Origin: an uncultured Bacilli bacterium
Lineage (GTDB): Bacteria > Bacillota_I > Bacilli_A > RF39 > UBA660
Direction: 5' to 3'
Length of the DNA: 64,000 nucleotides
NCBI GenBank assembly: GCA_944331715.1
Contig: CALVIP010000002.1
Span: 3,268-67,267 of the forward strand
Shown here: positions 19,660 to 30,675 of the stretch, one piece after another
Position numbering within the stretch: position 1 is the stretch's first letter
How the letters are laid out: each line of letters starts with the position of its first letter
Notes under the pieces: generated by a model
Databases searched by the model: none
Seen by the model: the letters and a program-made list of their open reading frames with translations, nothing else
Told to the model about the DNA's origin: nothing
Position numbers and translations under genes: made by a program

Positions 19660-22476
19660 TTATAACATCTTCTTTAAGAACTGTCCTGTATAAGATTCTT
19701 TAACTTTACTTACTTCTTCTGGAGTACCAGTAGTAACTATACTACCACCTCCATCTCCTCCTTCAGGACCTAAATCAATGATGTAATCAGCACATTTTAT
19801 AACATCTAGGTTATGCTCTATAACAAGCACTGTATCTTTATTATCGACTATTTTCTGTAAAATTGCAAGTAGCTTCTTAATATCTGCAGAATGTAATCCT
19901 GTAGTTGGTTCATCTAAAACAAATAAGGTTTTACCAGTCGCTTTCTTTTGTAACTCTTTAGCAAGTTTAACCCTTTCAGCTTCTCCTCCAGAAAGTGTTG
20001 GTGCACTTTGACCTAATTTAATATAACCAAGTCCTACATCTTCTAATACTTGAAGTTTAGTTTTAATTTTAGGAACATTACTAAAGAACTCTAAAGCTTC
20101 ACTAACTCTCATATCTAAAACATCTGCAATGTTCTTCTCTTTATAGTAAATGTTTAAAGTCTCTCTATTATACCTCGTACCATGACAAACTTCACAAGGA
20201 ACATAAACATCAGGTAAGAAATGCATTTCTATTTTCTTAACACCATCACCCCTACAAGCTTCACAACGTCCACCTTTTACATTGAAAGAAAATCTATTCT
20301 TCTCAAAGCCATACATCTTCGCTTCTTTAGTATTAGTAAATAACTCTCTAATATCATCAAATACACCTGTATAAGTAGCAGGATTACTTCTTGGAGTTCT
20401 ACCAATAGGTGACTGTGATATATCAACAAGTTTATCAATATTATCAAGACCAAGTATCTTTTTATGTTTACCAGGTTTAGTTTTAGATTTATATAAAGTA
20501 TTAGATGCAGCTTTTACAAGTATCTCATTAATTAAACTACTCTTACCACTACCACTAACACCAGTAACACAAGTAAATGTTCCAAGAGGAATTTTAACAT
20601 CTATATTTTTTAAGTTATTCTCTTCTGCACCTTTAATAGTTATATATTTGCCAATACCTTTTCTTCTAATTTTTGGCACTTCAATACATTCTTTTCCACT
20701 TAAATAACGTCCTGTAACACTATTATCATTAGCCATAACTTCACTAGGTGTCCCTGCTGCCACAATTCTTCCACCTCTATCTCCTGCCTCTGGACCTACA
20801 TCGACTAAGTAGTCGGCAGCAAGCATAGTATCAGTATCATGTTCTACAACTATTAAAGTATTACCCAAATCTCTCATCTCAAGCAAAGAATTAATAAGTC
20901 TATCATTATCTCTTTGATGAAGTCCTATACTAGGTTCATCTAATACATATAAAACACCAGTTAAACGAGAACCAATCTGAGTAGCAAGTCTAATACGTTG
21001 TGCCTCTCCACCACTTAATGTCCCTGCACTTCTTGCAAGAGTTAAATATTCAAGACCAACATTCTTTAAGAATGATAATCGTGACTTAATCTCCTTAAGG
21101 ATAAGATCTGCAATCTGCATCTTCTCTTCACTTAATTTAAAATTATCAAAGAAAGTAATAAGCTCTTTAATACTCATTAGAGTTACTTCATAAATATTTT
21201 TATCCCCTACTTTAACAGATAAAACCTCATCAGCAAGTCTTGCCCCATTACACACTTCACAAGTCTGCTCTATCATAAATTTCTCTAACCATTCTCTAAT
21301 CCAACTACTAGATGTTTCCATATAACGTCTCTCAAGATTATTAATTATTCCTTCATAATAATCAGTCTGGTTAGTAACATTACCACTTTTTGAAGTAAAA
21401 TGAAAATTGATTAATTCATCACTTCCATATAAAATTAAGTCTTTCTCTCTTTCAGTTAGTTTCTTAAAAGGTTTAGTAAGACTTATTTTATAATGCTTAC
21501 ACAAACATTCTAATTTCTTAAAATAGATATTATCAGTATCATCCCCAAGAGTAACAATCGCTCCATCTTTTAAAGATTTATTCTTATCAGGAATAACTAA
21601 ATCAGGATCTATCTTTAATTTAATACCAAGCCCCTTACACTCAGGACATGCCCCATAAGGTGCATTAAAACTAAATAGACGAGGTTCAAGTTCAGGTAAT
21701 GAAAAATCACAATAAGGACATGCAAAGTCTTCTGAATAAACAACTTCTCCACTTCCAAGAAAATCAACTACTACTTTACCCTTACTAAGTTTTGTTGCAA
21801 CTTCCAAAGATTCAAAAAGTCTACTTCTAATACCATCTTTTAAAACAATTCTATCTACAATTACTTCAATATTAGACTTCTTATTCTTCTCTAAAGTAAT
21901 CTCTTCTGTTAAATCATGCATCTCTCCATTTACTCTAACTCTAACAAAACCTTGTTTTCTTAAGTCATCAAGTAAATCTTTATGAGTACCCTTCTCTCCA
22001 TGAACAACAGGAGCCATTATAACAAGTCTAGTACCCTCTTCACGTTCTAATATTTTATTAGTCATCTCTTCAATACTTTGACTAGTAATAGGAATATTAT
22101 GATTAGGACAATATGGAACCCCAACTCTTGCAAATAAAAGACGTAAGTAATCATATATTTCAGTAACAGTACCAACAGTACTACGAGGATTCTTACTAGT
22201 AGTCTTTTGATCTATACTAATCGCAGGACTAAGACCTTCTATAGAATCTACATCAGGCTTTTCAGTCCCTCCTAAAAACTGTCTAGCATAAGCAGATAAA
22301 CTCTCTACATATCTTCTTTGTCCTTCAGCATATATCGTATCAAAAGCAAGAGAAGATTTACCACTACCACTAACACCAGTCATTACAATTAATTTATTCT
22401 TAGGTAATTCTATTGAAACATTCTTTAAATTATTTTCTCTAGCACCTTTAACTATTATTTTATCCACAATTACCAC
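19660..22476 (-). CDS. uvrA: Excinuclease ABC subunit A
   Basis: 938 aa with two ABC ATPase modules ([11 protein letters not shown] twice), zinc-finger cysteines ([20 protein letters not shown]) and LSGGEAQR signature motifs. Confidence 0.97.
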   Translation of the reverse strand: MVIVDKIIVKGARENNLKNVSIELPKNKLIVMTGVSGSGKSSLAFDTIYAEGQRRYVESLSAYARQFLGGTEKPDVDSIEGLSPAISIDQKTTSKNPRSTVGTVTEIYDYLRLLFARVGVPYCPNHNIPITSQSIEEMTNKILEREEGTRLVIMAPVVHGEKGTHKDLLDDLRKQGFVRVRVNGEMHDLTEEITLEKNKKSNIEVIVDRIVLKDGIRSRLFESLEVATKLSKGKVVVDFLGSGEVVYSEDFACPYCDFSLPELEPRLFSFNAPYGACPECKGLGIKLKIDPDLVIPDKNKSLKDGAIVTLGDDTDNIYFKKLECLCKHYKISLTKPFKKLTEREKDLILYGSDELINFHFTSKSGNVTNQTDYYEGIINNLERRYMETSSSWIREWLEKFMIEQTCEVCNGARLADEVLSVKVGDKNIYEVTLMSIKELITFFDNFKLSEEKMQIADLILKEIKSRLSFLKNVGLEYLTLARSAGTLSGGEAQRIRLATQIGSRLTGVLYVLDEPSIGLHQRDNDRLINSLLEMRDLGNTLIVVEHDTDTMLAADYLVDVGPEAGDRGGRIVAAGTPSEVMANDNSVTGRYLSGKECIEVPKIRRKGIGKYITIKGAEENNLKNIDVKIPLGTFTCVTGVSGSGKSSLINEILVKAASNTLYKSKTKPGKHKKILGLDNIDKLVDISQSPIGRTPRSNPATYTGVFDDIRELFTNTKEAKMYGFEKNRFSFNVKGGRCEACRGDGVKKIEMHFLPDVYVPCEVCHGTRYNRETLNIYYKEKNIADVLDMRVSEALEFFSNVPKIKTKLQVLEDVGLGYIKLGQSAPTLSGGEAERVKLAKELQKKATGKTLFVLDEPTTGLHSADIKKLLAILQKIVDNKDTVLVIEHNLDVIKCADYIIDLGPEGGDGGGSIVTTGTPEEVSKVKESYTGQFLKKML

Positions 22477-22620
22477 TTCCTTAAAACGCTATTTATTATA
22501 ATACAAAATAATACATTTTTCTACTACCAAAATATACCATAAGTATAACATTTAGTCAAACAAAATTTCTATAAAGAAAGAATTATAAAAGTATAGACTA
22601 ATTAAATCTATACTTATCTA

Positions 22621-23772
22621 TTATCCTAAAAGATTATCTTTAATATCAGCCCATTTTTTTTCGTATTCTAATTCATCACCATATATAGTTTTTCTATCTT
22701 TTTCAAATCCTGTCTCAGAATAAGCAAGTCCAACAAAGTCATTATAATTACAACAATGTAATATATCGTTTTCATCATCATACCTAATCGCTTCTACATC
22801 ACTTTCATCAATAGGATATAGTTCTGTACCATCACTTTCAATTATTCCAGTAGAATAAACAACATTATTAATTTTTTCACTAAAATGAGAATTATTAGAC
22901 TCTGCAATAAAGAAATCATCATGAACAATTTCGTTATTTCTATTAGTTATAGGCTTTATAGAATGATATTTAAAATCTATTAAAATATCACCATAAGAAT
23001 CTACCATTCCCATCATACCAGTTGGATCTTTTAATATCATATTACCATTAGGAAGTAATCCCGTATTAGCATAATGAGAATTTTTAAAAGTTGAACTTTC
23101 TGAAACTTCAATACCAGCGACAGCTGCTAACTCTTGACTTATTCTATCAGCTTCTAACTCCTCACTTGTCTTAGGAGTTGCAATATATTCTTGAGAAAAA
23201 TAATATTTATCTCCATTCAAAACAACATACTGTCTTGGAATAGCAAAACCTTTTTGTCTCTCTGCTTCTATATCTTGTTCAGTATATATTTCTAACTTCT
23301 TCCTTTCATTTAGTTCATTTAAATTAGAAGAAGAACCAAAAATATCTGTATCTTCTTTTTCTTCTTCCTTCATCTTTTCTATAATTTCTAATATTTCTTT
23401 AACGTCGCTCCTATCAGCCTCTGAGTCACGTTGATTAAATGAAGTAGCATGACCATTACTCCTATTTGAAGACCTATACATCTCATTAGATTCATTTTCT
23501 CTTGACCATTGCATATCAATATCTTTACCATTTACTATAGTCTCTGGTTTTAAAGAAGAAGATTTAACTCTATCAGTAGTTTTATTTTTTTCTTCTTCAT
23601 TCATATTTTTTAAGATTTCTCTTAATTCCATAAGTTCTTGTTTATAGTCTAAATCATCTAAATCTTCAATATTTTCCAATTTTCTAGTTCTTTGTTCTAA
23701 AGAAGAACCCATTTTTTCTAATTTCATATACTCCTCCTTATATTCCCTACTTAGCTCCCAATAAGAAAGCAA
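22621..23772 (-). CDS. Hypothetical acidic coiled-coil protein (383 aa)
   Basis: The N-terminal two-thirds is low-complexity E/K/D-rich coiled coil. The C-terminal ~170 aa is a globular domain with W/Y/G-rich repeats. I recognise no family. It overlaps the upstream gene by 26 nt. Confidence 0.5.
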   Translation of the reverse strand: MLSYWELSREYKEEYMKLEKMGSSLEQRTRKLENIEDLDDLDYKQELMELREILKNMNEEEKNKTTDRVKSSSLKPETIVNGKDIDMQWSRENESNEMYRSSNRSNGHATSFNQRDSEADRSDVKEILEIIEKMKEEEKEDTDIFGSSSNLNELNERKKLEIYTEQDIEAERQKGFAIPRQYVVLNGDKYYFSQEYIATPKTSEELEADRISQELAAVAGIEVSESSTFKNSHYANTGLLPNGNMILKDPTGMMGMVDSYGDILIDFKYHSIKPITNRNNEIVHDDFFIAESNNSHFSEKINNVVYSTGIIESDGTELYPIDESDVEAIRYDDENDILHCCNYNDFVGLAYSETGFEKDRKTIYGDELEYEKKWADIKDNLLG

Positions 23773-24448
23773 TAATAGGTATTAATAAACTACTAGCAAT
23801 TACAACAAAAGCTAAAGCATAATTAGTAACAAAAGCTGCTATATTATCTTTATTCTCCTCACCAGGTAATTTCATAGGAACTATCTTATCTTCATCATTA
23901 CCATAATGTCCTGTACTCTTAACATAACTTCTACCTTTACTAGAACCACCCTCTTCTAGAAGAGCCTTATTAAGCTTAGTAATCTCTTGTTTATTTTTAA
24001 TTTCTATATAATCACACAAATAAGTATGACCTCCATTAACTACTATCATTTGATAATAATTAACTAAGTTCTCAGGTATAAATATTTTAAATTGTGAATA
24101 GTTTTCTTTCAAAAACTCTGGCTTTAAATGTTCCAAAGTCTCTGACAAAATACCTATCTCTAAGAAAGCTAAGTTATATATATTATTATTTATTTTATTA
24201 GTAATATCATCATCCATTACATCAATACTTTTAAAGTTAACATAATCTTCATTATTATTAGTAACACCTACTACTATATTTTTAGGATTAAAATTAATAA
24301 CGTAATACCCTTTACCATGAATATATTTCATCGTAGAATCCATTACATAAAAAAGACGTGTATATTCATCATTATTATGATAAGTTTTAGTATACTCATC
24401 TAATGTCTCTTCAAAAGGAAATCTAATTATCTCTCCCATAGGCATCAC
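23747..24448 (-). CDS. Hypothetical tail-anchored membrane protein (233 aa)
   Basis: Soluble N-terminal domain and a single C-terminal TM helix (IAAFVTNYALAFVVIASSLLIPIIAFLLG). I recognise no family. Confidence 0.5.
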   Translation of the reverse strand: MMPMGEIIRFPFEETLDEYTKTYHNNDEYTRLFYVMDSTMKYIHGKGYYVINFNPKNIVVGVTNNNEDYVNFKSIDVMDDDITNKINNNIYNLAFLEIGILSETLEHLKPEFLKENYSQFKIFIPENLVNYYQMIVVNGGHTYLCDYIEIKNKQEITKLNKALLEEGGSSKGRSYVKSTGHYGNDEDKIVPMKLPGEENKDNIAAFVTNYALAFVVIASSLLIPIIAFLLGAK

Positions 24449-24484
24449 TGCTTTCTATTCTTTATACTATAATTTTATAGCATT

Positions 24485-25951
24485 TTAAGAGTAATTACAA
24501 GTCCGTTTATATTCAAGTATCTTTTCCTGTGCTCTTGTTGTCTTAGCAGAATATAACCAATAATCCTCAGGACATCCTCCCATCACAAAAGAGACTCTAT
24601 CATTATTTTTTAATTCATAATCAAGTGGTACTTCTATTCCATTAACAATCGCTCTATCAAGATTATAACCAGTACTGTCGCTTTCTAAAAATGCTAAATC
24701 TATAGGAGTAGAACCTAAAGGTAATTCAATAGTTCTATTATTTTTAGTCCTAACATAGACATGCTCATTAGCAAATAACTCTTTTTTAACTTTCTCTACA
24801 TATAAATCATTTCTTTCAAAATATTCACTAAGAAAGTTAAGATCTTTACAAAACTGTAAATTCTCTCTTATCTCATCTTGCAATTCACTAAAAGGTTTAT
24901 TCTTAGAATAGATATAATATGGTAGTCCATAAGTATCTATCATATCCATAAAATTAGTCCTAATCTGTGCTTGCACTAAACAATTATTAACCGAAAAAAC
25001 AGTATGTAGAGACTGATATAAATTAGTTTTAGGTACTGCAATAAAATCTTTAATTATTGATTTAGCAGGAACATATTCTTTATTTATAACAGCCACAGCT
25101 TTATAACAATCTAAATAATCATCAGTTATTATTTTAACAGCAAATAAATCATGTACTGCATCAAGAGTTACAATATTTGTATTACTGTGATTAAGCTTTC
25201 TATTAAGTTTATTTAACTTTTTATAAGTACTATAAACTTCTTTTATTCTTAACTTAACAACACCTTTAATATTATTATCTCTTAAAGTCTTTTCTATATT
25301 AAAAACAACTCTATCTAATGTATCTTTATTTACATCAAAATACTCATTTATTTTTCTTGAAGTATCTTCATAATCTAAAGGATTCAACACTTTAAAAGAT
25401 AAATCTTCTAATTTCTTTTTTACTTCATACATACCAGTACGATATGCTAAAGGAACATACAAATCTATTGTCTCAAGTGCATTTTCTTTTTGTTTAAATT
25501 CACTCTTAAAACCAATAGTCATCATATTATGAAGTCTATCTGCACACTTAATATGAATATCTCTAATATCATCATTAATCGCTCTTAATATCTTAGCAGT
25601 ATTCGCTTCTACTTTTTCACTCTTACTAGAAAAGTTAAGTCCTTTTAATTTACTAACCCCATCAACAAGCCTTGCAACACCACTTCCAAATATAGACTCT
25701 ATCTCACCTAAAGTAATATCAGTATCTTCAACAGTATCATGTAAAAGACCTGCCACAATTGTTTCTGTATCATTATAAGTAGAAGCAAGAATATAAGCTA
25801 CATATAAAGGATGACTTATATAAGGCTCTCCACTCTGTCTAAACTGCCCTTCATGAAGCTTAGAAGCTAGCAAGTAGGCTCTTCTAATAACTTCTTCTCC
25901 TCCTATATTATTTTCTCTTACTTTAGCAAGTACATCCTCAATAGTTATCAA
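24485..25951 (-). CDS. rel: Short RelA/SpoT-homologue (HD hydrolase + synthetase-like + TGS domains, no C-terminal regulatory domains)
   Basis: HD motifs (ISHPLYVAYIL, LLHDTVEDT). Synthetase-domain landmarks (YSTYKKL, DLFAVKII, IKDFIAVPKTNLYQSLHTVF, QAQIRT). TGS-like C-terminus (VYVRTKNNRTIELPLGSTPIDLAF). Only 488 aa, against about 730 for canonical Rel. Confidence 0.75.
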   Translation of the reverse strand: MITIEDVLAKVRENNIGGEEVIRRAYLLASKLHEGQFRQSGEPYISHPLYVAYILASTYNDTETIVAGLLHDTVEDTDITLGEIESIFGSGVARLVDGVSKLKGLNFSSKSEKVEANTAKILRAINDDIRDIHIKCADRLHNMMTIGFKSEFKQKENALETIDLYVPLAYRTGMYEVKKKLEDLSFKVLNPLDYEDTSRKINEYFDVNKDTLDRVVFNIEKTLRDNNIKGVVKLRIKEVYSTYKKLNKLNRKLNHSNTNIVTLDAVHDLFAVKIITDDYLDCYKAVAVINKEYVPAKSIIKDFIAVPKTNLYQSLHTVFSVNNCLVQAQIRTNFMDMIDTYGLPYYIYSKNKPFSELQDEIRENLQFCKDLNFLSEYFERNDLYVEKVKKELFANEHVYVRTKNNRTIELPLGSTPIDLAFLESDSTGYNLDRAIVNGIEVPLDYELKNNDRVSFVMGGCPEDYWLYSAKTTRAQEKILEYKRTCNYS

Positions 25952-26101
25952 AATACCACTCCTCTCTAAAATAATTTACAAAAAAATGACTTACCAAAAA
26001 AGCCATTTTTATTAATCATTAAATATATCTAAAAAACCTCTCATAATACCACTACCTCTTCCAAAGATTAGAAAGATAATAACAAAGAAAAGTAATATTT
26101 G

Positions 26102-26671
26102 TCAACAACTAATTTTAATTTTTTCCCTCATCGCTTTAATAACTCTGCTAATATGAGAAGAACTAACTTCTAAAAGTTCTTCTATTTCAAAATATTTAAA
26201 ATTATTAAGTCTCAAAGTAATAATAGCAGAATCTAATTGACTTAAATTATCTAAATAGTCATCTAATTTATTATATATATCTAAATTATCTATAGAATCA
26301 TATGGATCTACTGCCCTAGAATCTCTAACTTCAAAATCTAACTCTTGATATTTTAAAAGAGGTCTATTCTTAAGAGTAAGAATACTTCTATACATAAAAT
26401 TAAAACTAGACGTTAAACATACTAAAAGAAAAGAATAAAACAAAGTTCCTTTATTAGCATCAAACTTCTTAATAGCATGGTTAAAAGCAATGATACCTTC
26501 TTCATAAAAGTCATCAAGAGTAAATCCTTCACAATGATTAGCTTTTAAATAATTATAATACTCTAAAGCTTTACTATAAATAATAGGCTTATATTTCTTA
26601 AGCATAATATCATAAGCCACTTCATCATTATCGTAAATTAAGTCTAATAGTTCATAATCATTATACTTCAT
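26102..26671 (-). CDS. sigH: Sigma-70-family sigma factor, SigH-like by position
   Basis: Region 2-like N-terminus and a region-4 HTH (IEELLEVSSSHISRVIKAMREKI). It sits downstream of cysS-mrnC-rlmB exactly as sigH does in Bacillus. Confidence 0.7.
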   Translation of the reverse strand: MKYNDYELLDLIYDNDEVAYDIMLKKYKPIIYSKALEYYNYLKANHCEGFTLDDFYEEGIIAFNHAIKKFDANKGTLFYSFLLVCLTSSFNFMYRSILTLKNRPLLKYQELDFEVRDSRAVDPYDSIDNLDIYNKLDDYLDNLSQLDSAIITLRLNNFKYFEIEELLEVSSSHISRVIKAMREKIKISC

Positions 26672-26676
26672 AAATC

Positions 26677-27381
26677 CTACTTTCTACTTCGGACTACCTC
26701 ATATATCAATATCCCTGCTGCAACAGAAGCATTTAAACTATCTATTTTAGGACTAATTGGAATAGTAATTAGAAAGTCACAAGATTCTTTAACAAGTTTA
26801 CTCATACCTTTCTCTTCATTACCAATGATAAGACAAACTTTTCCATTATAGTCTACCTCTCTATAGTCTTCCCCACTCATAACTGTACCATATATCCAAA
26901 AGCCATTATCTTTAAGTATTTTAATAGTATTATTAAGATTAGTAACCAAGACTATATCAATATCAAATACTGCTCCTACACTAGTTTTAACAACAGTAGA
27001 GTTTACAAGTACCTGTCTATCATTAGGAATAATAATAGTTTTAATTCCTGCAGCGACAGCTGTCCTAATAATAGCACCAAAGTTATGAGGATCAAGAATA
27101 TGATCTAACAAAAGAATTTTATCATCTTCTCTATCTAATATTTTATTTAAAGGAGTATATTGGTAGTCCTCCATATCGATGATTATACCTTGGTGATTAT
27201 CCCTAGTCAAATTATCAATTTCCGATTTTCGAGCCAATTTTATCTTAGATTTTGGAAATTCCCCTAGCAAATTTTTAATTTTCAAGTAATATTTCTCCTC
27301 AATTTTCAATTTTCTAACTTTTTTTAAAAGTTTTTCATCACTAAATATTCTTTCCGCTACATTTCTTCCATATACTAACAT
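26677..27381 (-). CDS. rlmB: 23S rRNA 2'-O-methyltransferase, TrmH/SpoU family
   Basis: SpoU-methylase motifs (LDHILDPHNFGAIIRTAVAAG, IGNEEKGMS). Synteny as yacO/rlmB. Confidence 0.85.
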   Translation of the reverse strand: MLVYGRNVAERIFSDEKLLKKVRKLKIEEKYYLKIKNLLGEFPKSKIKLARKSEIDNLTRDNHQGIIIDMEDYQYTPLNKILDREDDKILLLDHILDPHNFGAIIRTAVAAGIKTIIIPNDRQVLVNSTVVKTSVGAVFDIDIVLVTNLNNTIKILKDNGFWIYGTVMSGEDYREVDYNGKVCLIIGNEEKGMSKLVKESCDFLITIPISPKIDSLNASVAAGILIYEVVRSRK

Positions 27382-27761
27382 AATTCCTCCACTATATAAT
27401 TCATAACTTCATCTATTCTATCCATTCTATTACTAAGTTTCAAATACCCAATTAGTGCTTCTATTGCAGTCGCTTTTTTATATTCTATCACACTACATCC
27501 CTTAGGATTAGCATGACTCTTAGCATTTCTAGCTCGCTTAATAACACTAATCTCTTCTTCATTAAAGAAATCACTATCTAACATTTTATCTAAAAAATAA
27601 GCTTGTCTTTTAGCACTGACATAATTAATAGACTCTTTCTGCAAATCATTAACTTTATTTATATTTTTCTCGATTAAATACATTCTAATATATTCTTCAT
27701 ACACAGCATCACCAAGATAAGCCAGTACTAAAGAATTAACACATCTAATATCCATAAACAC
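27375..27761 (-). CDS. mrnC: Mini-ribonuclease 3
   Basis: RNase III-like catalytic motif LAYLGDAVYE and a ~130 aa size. Synteny with cysS as yazC/mrnC. Confidence 0.85.
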   Translation of the reverse strand: MFMDIRCVNSLVLAYLGDAVYEEYIRMYLIEKNINKVNDLQKESINYVSAKRQAYFLDKMLDSDFFNEEEISVIKRARNAKSHANPKGCSVIEYKKATAIEALIGYLKLSNRMDRIDEVMNYIVEELC

Positions 27762-27788
27762 TCTCCTAAAGAAAAAAGACTATAAAGT

Positions 27789-28478
27789 CTAATCTCTATC
27801 ATTACCCATAACAACTAAAACTAGTCTTAATAATTCTAATAATGTTGATATTAAAGAAGCGACATAAGTCATAGCAGCTGCCATTAACATAGAACTAGCC
27901 ATAGACTTCTCACTACTATCAACTACTTTTAATTTACTAAGAAAAATTTTTCCTCGCCTAGAAGCATTAAACTCAACAGGTAAAGTAATAAGTTGAAACA
28001 AAAGGATTGCCACTAACAAGAATATACCAATCCAAGCAAGGTTCATCGCTCCAAAGATAAGACCAATTAAAACAGCTAAATAACCAAACTTAGAACTAAA
28101 ATTAACAATAGGTACTAAGAAAGATCTAAATTTCAAAAAGAAATAGCCTTCCTTATCTTGAACAGCATGTCCACATTCATGAGCAGCCACACTAACACTA
28201 GCAATAGAGTCACCATTGTATATATCAGTAGAAAGTCTAACAACTTTAGCTCTTGGATCATAATGGTCAGTCAAATATCCTCTAGTCTCTACAACATAAA
28301 TATTATCTAATTCATTATCTTTTAATATTTCTCTAGCAACTTCTGCACCTGTCATACCACTTTTAACTTTAACTTTCTTATATTTACTATATCTTGTTCT
28401 TAAATAGATATCTGCAACAAGAGTTATAAGAAAAGCAATTATAACAAGTCCATATCCAAAATACATATAATAAAACAT
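27789..28478 (-). CDS. YugP-like membrane zinc metallopeptidase
   Basis: N-terminal TM, an HECGHAVQ HExxH motif and C-terminal TM helices. The 229 aa size and topology match the Zn_peptidase_2 / YugP family. Confidence 0.65.
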   Translation of the reverse strand: MFYYMYFGYGLVIIAFLITLVADIYLRTRYSKYKKVKVKSGMTGAEVAREILKDNELDNIYVVETRGYLTDHYDPRAKVVRLSTDIYNGDSIASVSVAAHECGHAVQDKEGYFFLKFRSFLVPIVNFSSKFGYLAVLIGLIFGAMNLAWIGIFLLVAILLFQLITLPVEFNASRRGKIFLSKLKVVDSSEKSMASSMLMAAAMTYVASLISTLLELLRLVLVVMGNDRD

Positions 28479-28488
28479 TTAAAACCTC

Positions 28489-29874
28489 CTATATTTTCTC
28501 AATAGTAGTACCTTCTCTACTATCTATTAATCTAAAACCAATACTTTCTAAATAATCACGAATCCTATCAGCTTCATTATAATCTTTATTTTTCTTGGCT
28601 TCATTTCTCTTTTCTATTAAACTTTTTATCTCATCATCAATATCTATTATATCATCTTTTAACAAATCTAAACTTAAAACTTTATCAAATTCCATAACTA
28701 ACTGTTTCTTAGTCTTATCACTTGTATCAAGTTTCAACACTTCATAAAGTACTGTTAAAGCCATCGCTGTATTCATATCGTCACTTAAAGCATCTTTAAA
28801 TTTATCTAAATAAGTATTAATTATTCCCTCATCAAGTTCACCTTCATCTTTAAGTAAAGATACTCTATTCTTAAGCTTCTTATAAGCATTTTCTGCTTGT
28901 CCTAAAGCTTCATAAGTAAAAAGTAATGGTTTACGATAATGAGACTCTAAACACATATAACGATAACTTAAAGGATTATAACCTTCTTCTTCTAAAGTAC
29001 TAACAGTAAGTATATCTCCTTTAGATTTACTCATCTTACCACTTTTATCATTTAAATGTTCTCCATGTACCCAATAATTACACCATTTATGACCTAAATA
29101 AGCCTCACTCTGAGCGATTTCATTAGTATGATGTGGAAAGATATTATCAACACCACCACAGTGAATATCAAGATATTCTCCTAAATTTTTAATAGCAATT
29201 GAGGAACACTCTATATGCCAACCAGGATAACCCACACCAAAAGGACTATCCCATTTTAACTCTTGAGAATCAAACTTAGACTTAGTAAACCATAAAACAA
29301 AGTCAGCTTGATTTTTCTTATTACTATCAAACTCAACACCTTCACGTGCCCCCACTACCATATCATCTACTTTATGATTAGTTAAAATATAGTAGTCACT
29401 AAGTTTAGAAGTATCAAAATAAACATTACCACCTGCTTTATAAGCATAACCTTCATCAAGTAGTTTTTCTATCATCTTTATATAAGAATCTATATTACTA
29501 GTAGCAGGACTAACAATACTAGGCCACTTAATATTAAGTTTCTCTGTATCTTTTTTAAACTCATCAGTGTAAAACTTAGCGATATCTAATACTGATTTGT
29601 GTTCTTTTTTCGCACTTTTAAGCATTTTATCTTCACCACTATCAGAATCACTTGACAAATGCCCAACATCAGTAATATTCATACAACGTTTAACATTATA
29701 ACCTAACATATTTAAAGTTTTCTCTAATATATCTTCCATTATATAAGTCCTTAAATTACCAATATGAGCATAATGATAAACAGTAGGACCACAAGTATAC
29801 ATCTTAACTTCATTCTTATCTATTGGTACAAAAACTTCTACACTTCTTGTAAGAGTATTATATAATTTCATCAT
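28489..29874 (-). CDS. cysS: Cysteine--tRNA ligase
   Basis: Class I HIGH motif (CGPTVYHYAHIGN) and KMSKS motif. About 460 aa. Confidence 0.95.
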   Translation of the reverse strand: MMKLYNTLTRSVEVFVPIDKNEVKMYTCGPTVYHYAHIGNLRTYIMEDILEKTLNMLGYNVKRCMNITDVGHLSSDSDSGEDKMLKSAKKEHKSVLDIAKFYTDEFKKDTEKLNIKWPSIVSPATSNIDSYIKMIEKLLDEGYAYKAGGNVYFDTSKLSDYYILTNHKVDDMVVGAREGVEFDSNKKNQADFVLWFTKSKFDSQELKWDSPFGVGYPGWHIECSSIAIKNLGEYLDIHCGGVDNIFPHHTNEIAQSEAYLGHKWCNYWVHGEHLNDKSGKMSKSKGDILTVSTLEEEGYNPLSYRYMCLESHYRKPLLFTYEALGQAENAYKKLKNRVSLLKDEGELDEGIINTYLDKFKDALSDDMNTAMALTVLYEVLKLDTSDKTKKQLVMEFDKVLSLDLLKDDIIDIDDEIKSLIEKRNEAKKNKDYNEADRIRDYLESIGFRLIDSREGTTIEKI

Positions 29875-29927
29875 ATCACTTCTTTCTAATTATATATATT
29901 ATTTTTCTATGTTATATGTGCAAATAA

Positions 29928-30611
29928 TTATTTATATAGTCTTTTACTTTTTTGTAAAACAATTCTATTATCTCCATCTACAATTTTAAAATATCCTTCT
30001 TTTCTTATTTTTCTATTCAAAACCATGTCAATTTCTTTACTTCTATTAGTATTTTTATTAATAATCTCTTTATGATACTCTGGAATATCACAAGGCATAG
30101 GACAATCTAAAACCATTTCAATATCTTCTTTAGTAAAACTACGACCATAAAAAGAAATTGAATCATCTATAGATTCATAATGTAAACTATAGATTTTAGA
30201 AAAATTATTAGGATAAATTACAATACTACCACAATCAATAAAAATACAGGCTTTATCACTATCTTTATCATCAGTATAATCAATATTGTAAAGAAAGCTA
30301 TCTTCTAATGTTTCTTTAGCCAAACTATTAAATTTTTCTTCATCAGTTATTTTTAAAAGGCCATCAGAACAATAATCTCCATTTTTACGATTAACAAAAG
30401 TTCCAATAAGCTCATTTCTTAATAAACTCAAAGGAAACATCCCTTTATAAATATAATTATAGCCAAGAGTATAACCAAAAATATCAAAGGACAAAGCATC
30501 AAAACCTTTATCCAACTCTGAATATTCTTGTAATTTCTGCAATTTTTTCTCAATTCTTCTATATTCATCTCTTAAACCAAATACTACTTCTCTTATTTTA
30601 TAATTATCCAT
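29928..30611 (-). CDS. Hypothetical protein, paralogue A of a tandem pair (227 aa)
   Basis: Shares VVFGLRDEYRRIEKKLQKLQ, GDYCSDGLLKITDEEKF and C-terminal IVLQKSKRL with the adjacent ORF 30676..31404. I recognise no family. Confidence 0.55.
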   Translation of the reverse strand: MDNYKIREVVFGLRDEYRRIEKKLQKLQEYSELDKGFDALSFDIFGYTLGYNYIYKGMFPLSLLRNELIGTFVNRKNGDYCSDGLLKITDEEKFNSLAKETLEDSFLYNIDYTDDKDSDKACIFIDCGSIVIYPNNFSKIYSLHYESIDDSISFYGRSFTKEDIEMVLDCPMPCDIPEYHKEIINKNTNRSKEIDMVLNRKIRKEGYFKIVDGDNRIVLQKSKRLYK

Positions 30612-30675
30612 ACTTTTTCACTTTCTTTCTTTTTATTTTTCTTATTTCATATAATTAAATCTATTATATACAAGA

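Noticed and set aside
23747-24448. Protein-kinase-like catalytic loop (YIHGKGYYVINFNPKNIVV resembles HRDLKPENILV)
   Set aside because: Only about 35 residues precede it, so there is no room for a kinase N-lobe, Gly-loop or VAIK motif. The resemblance is probably coincidental.
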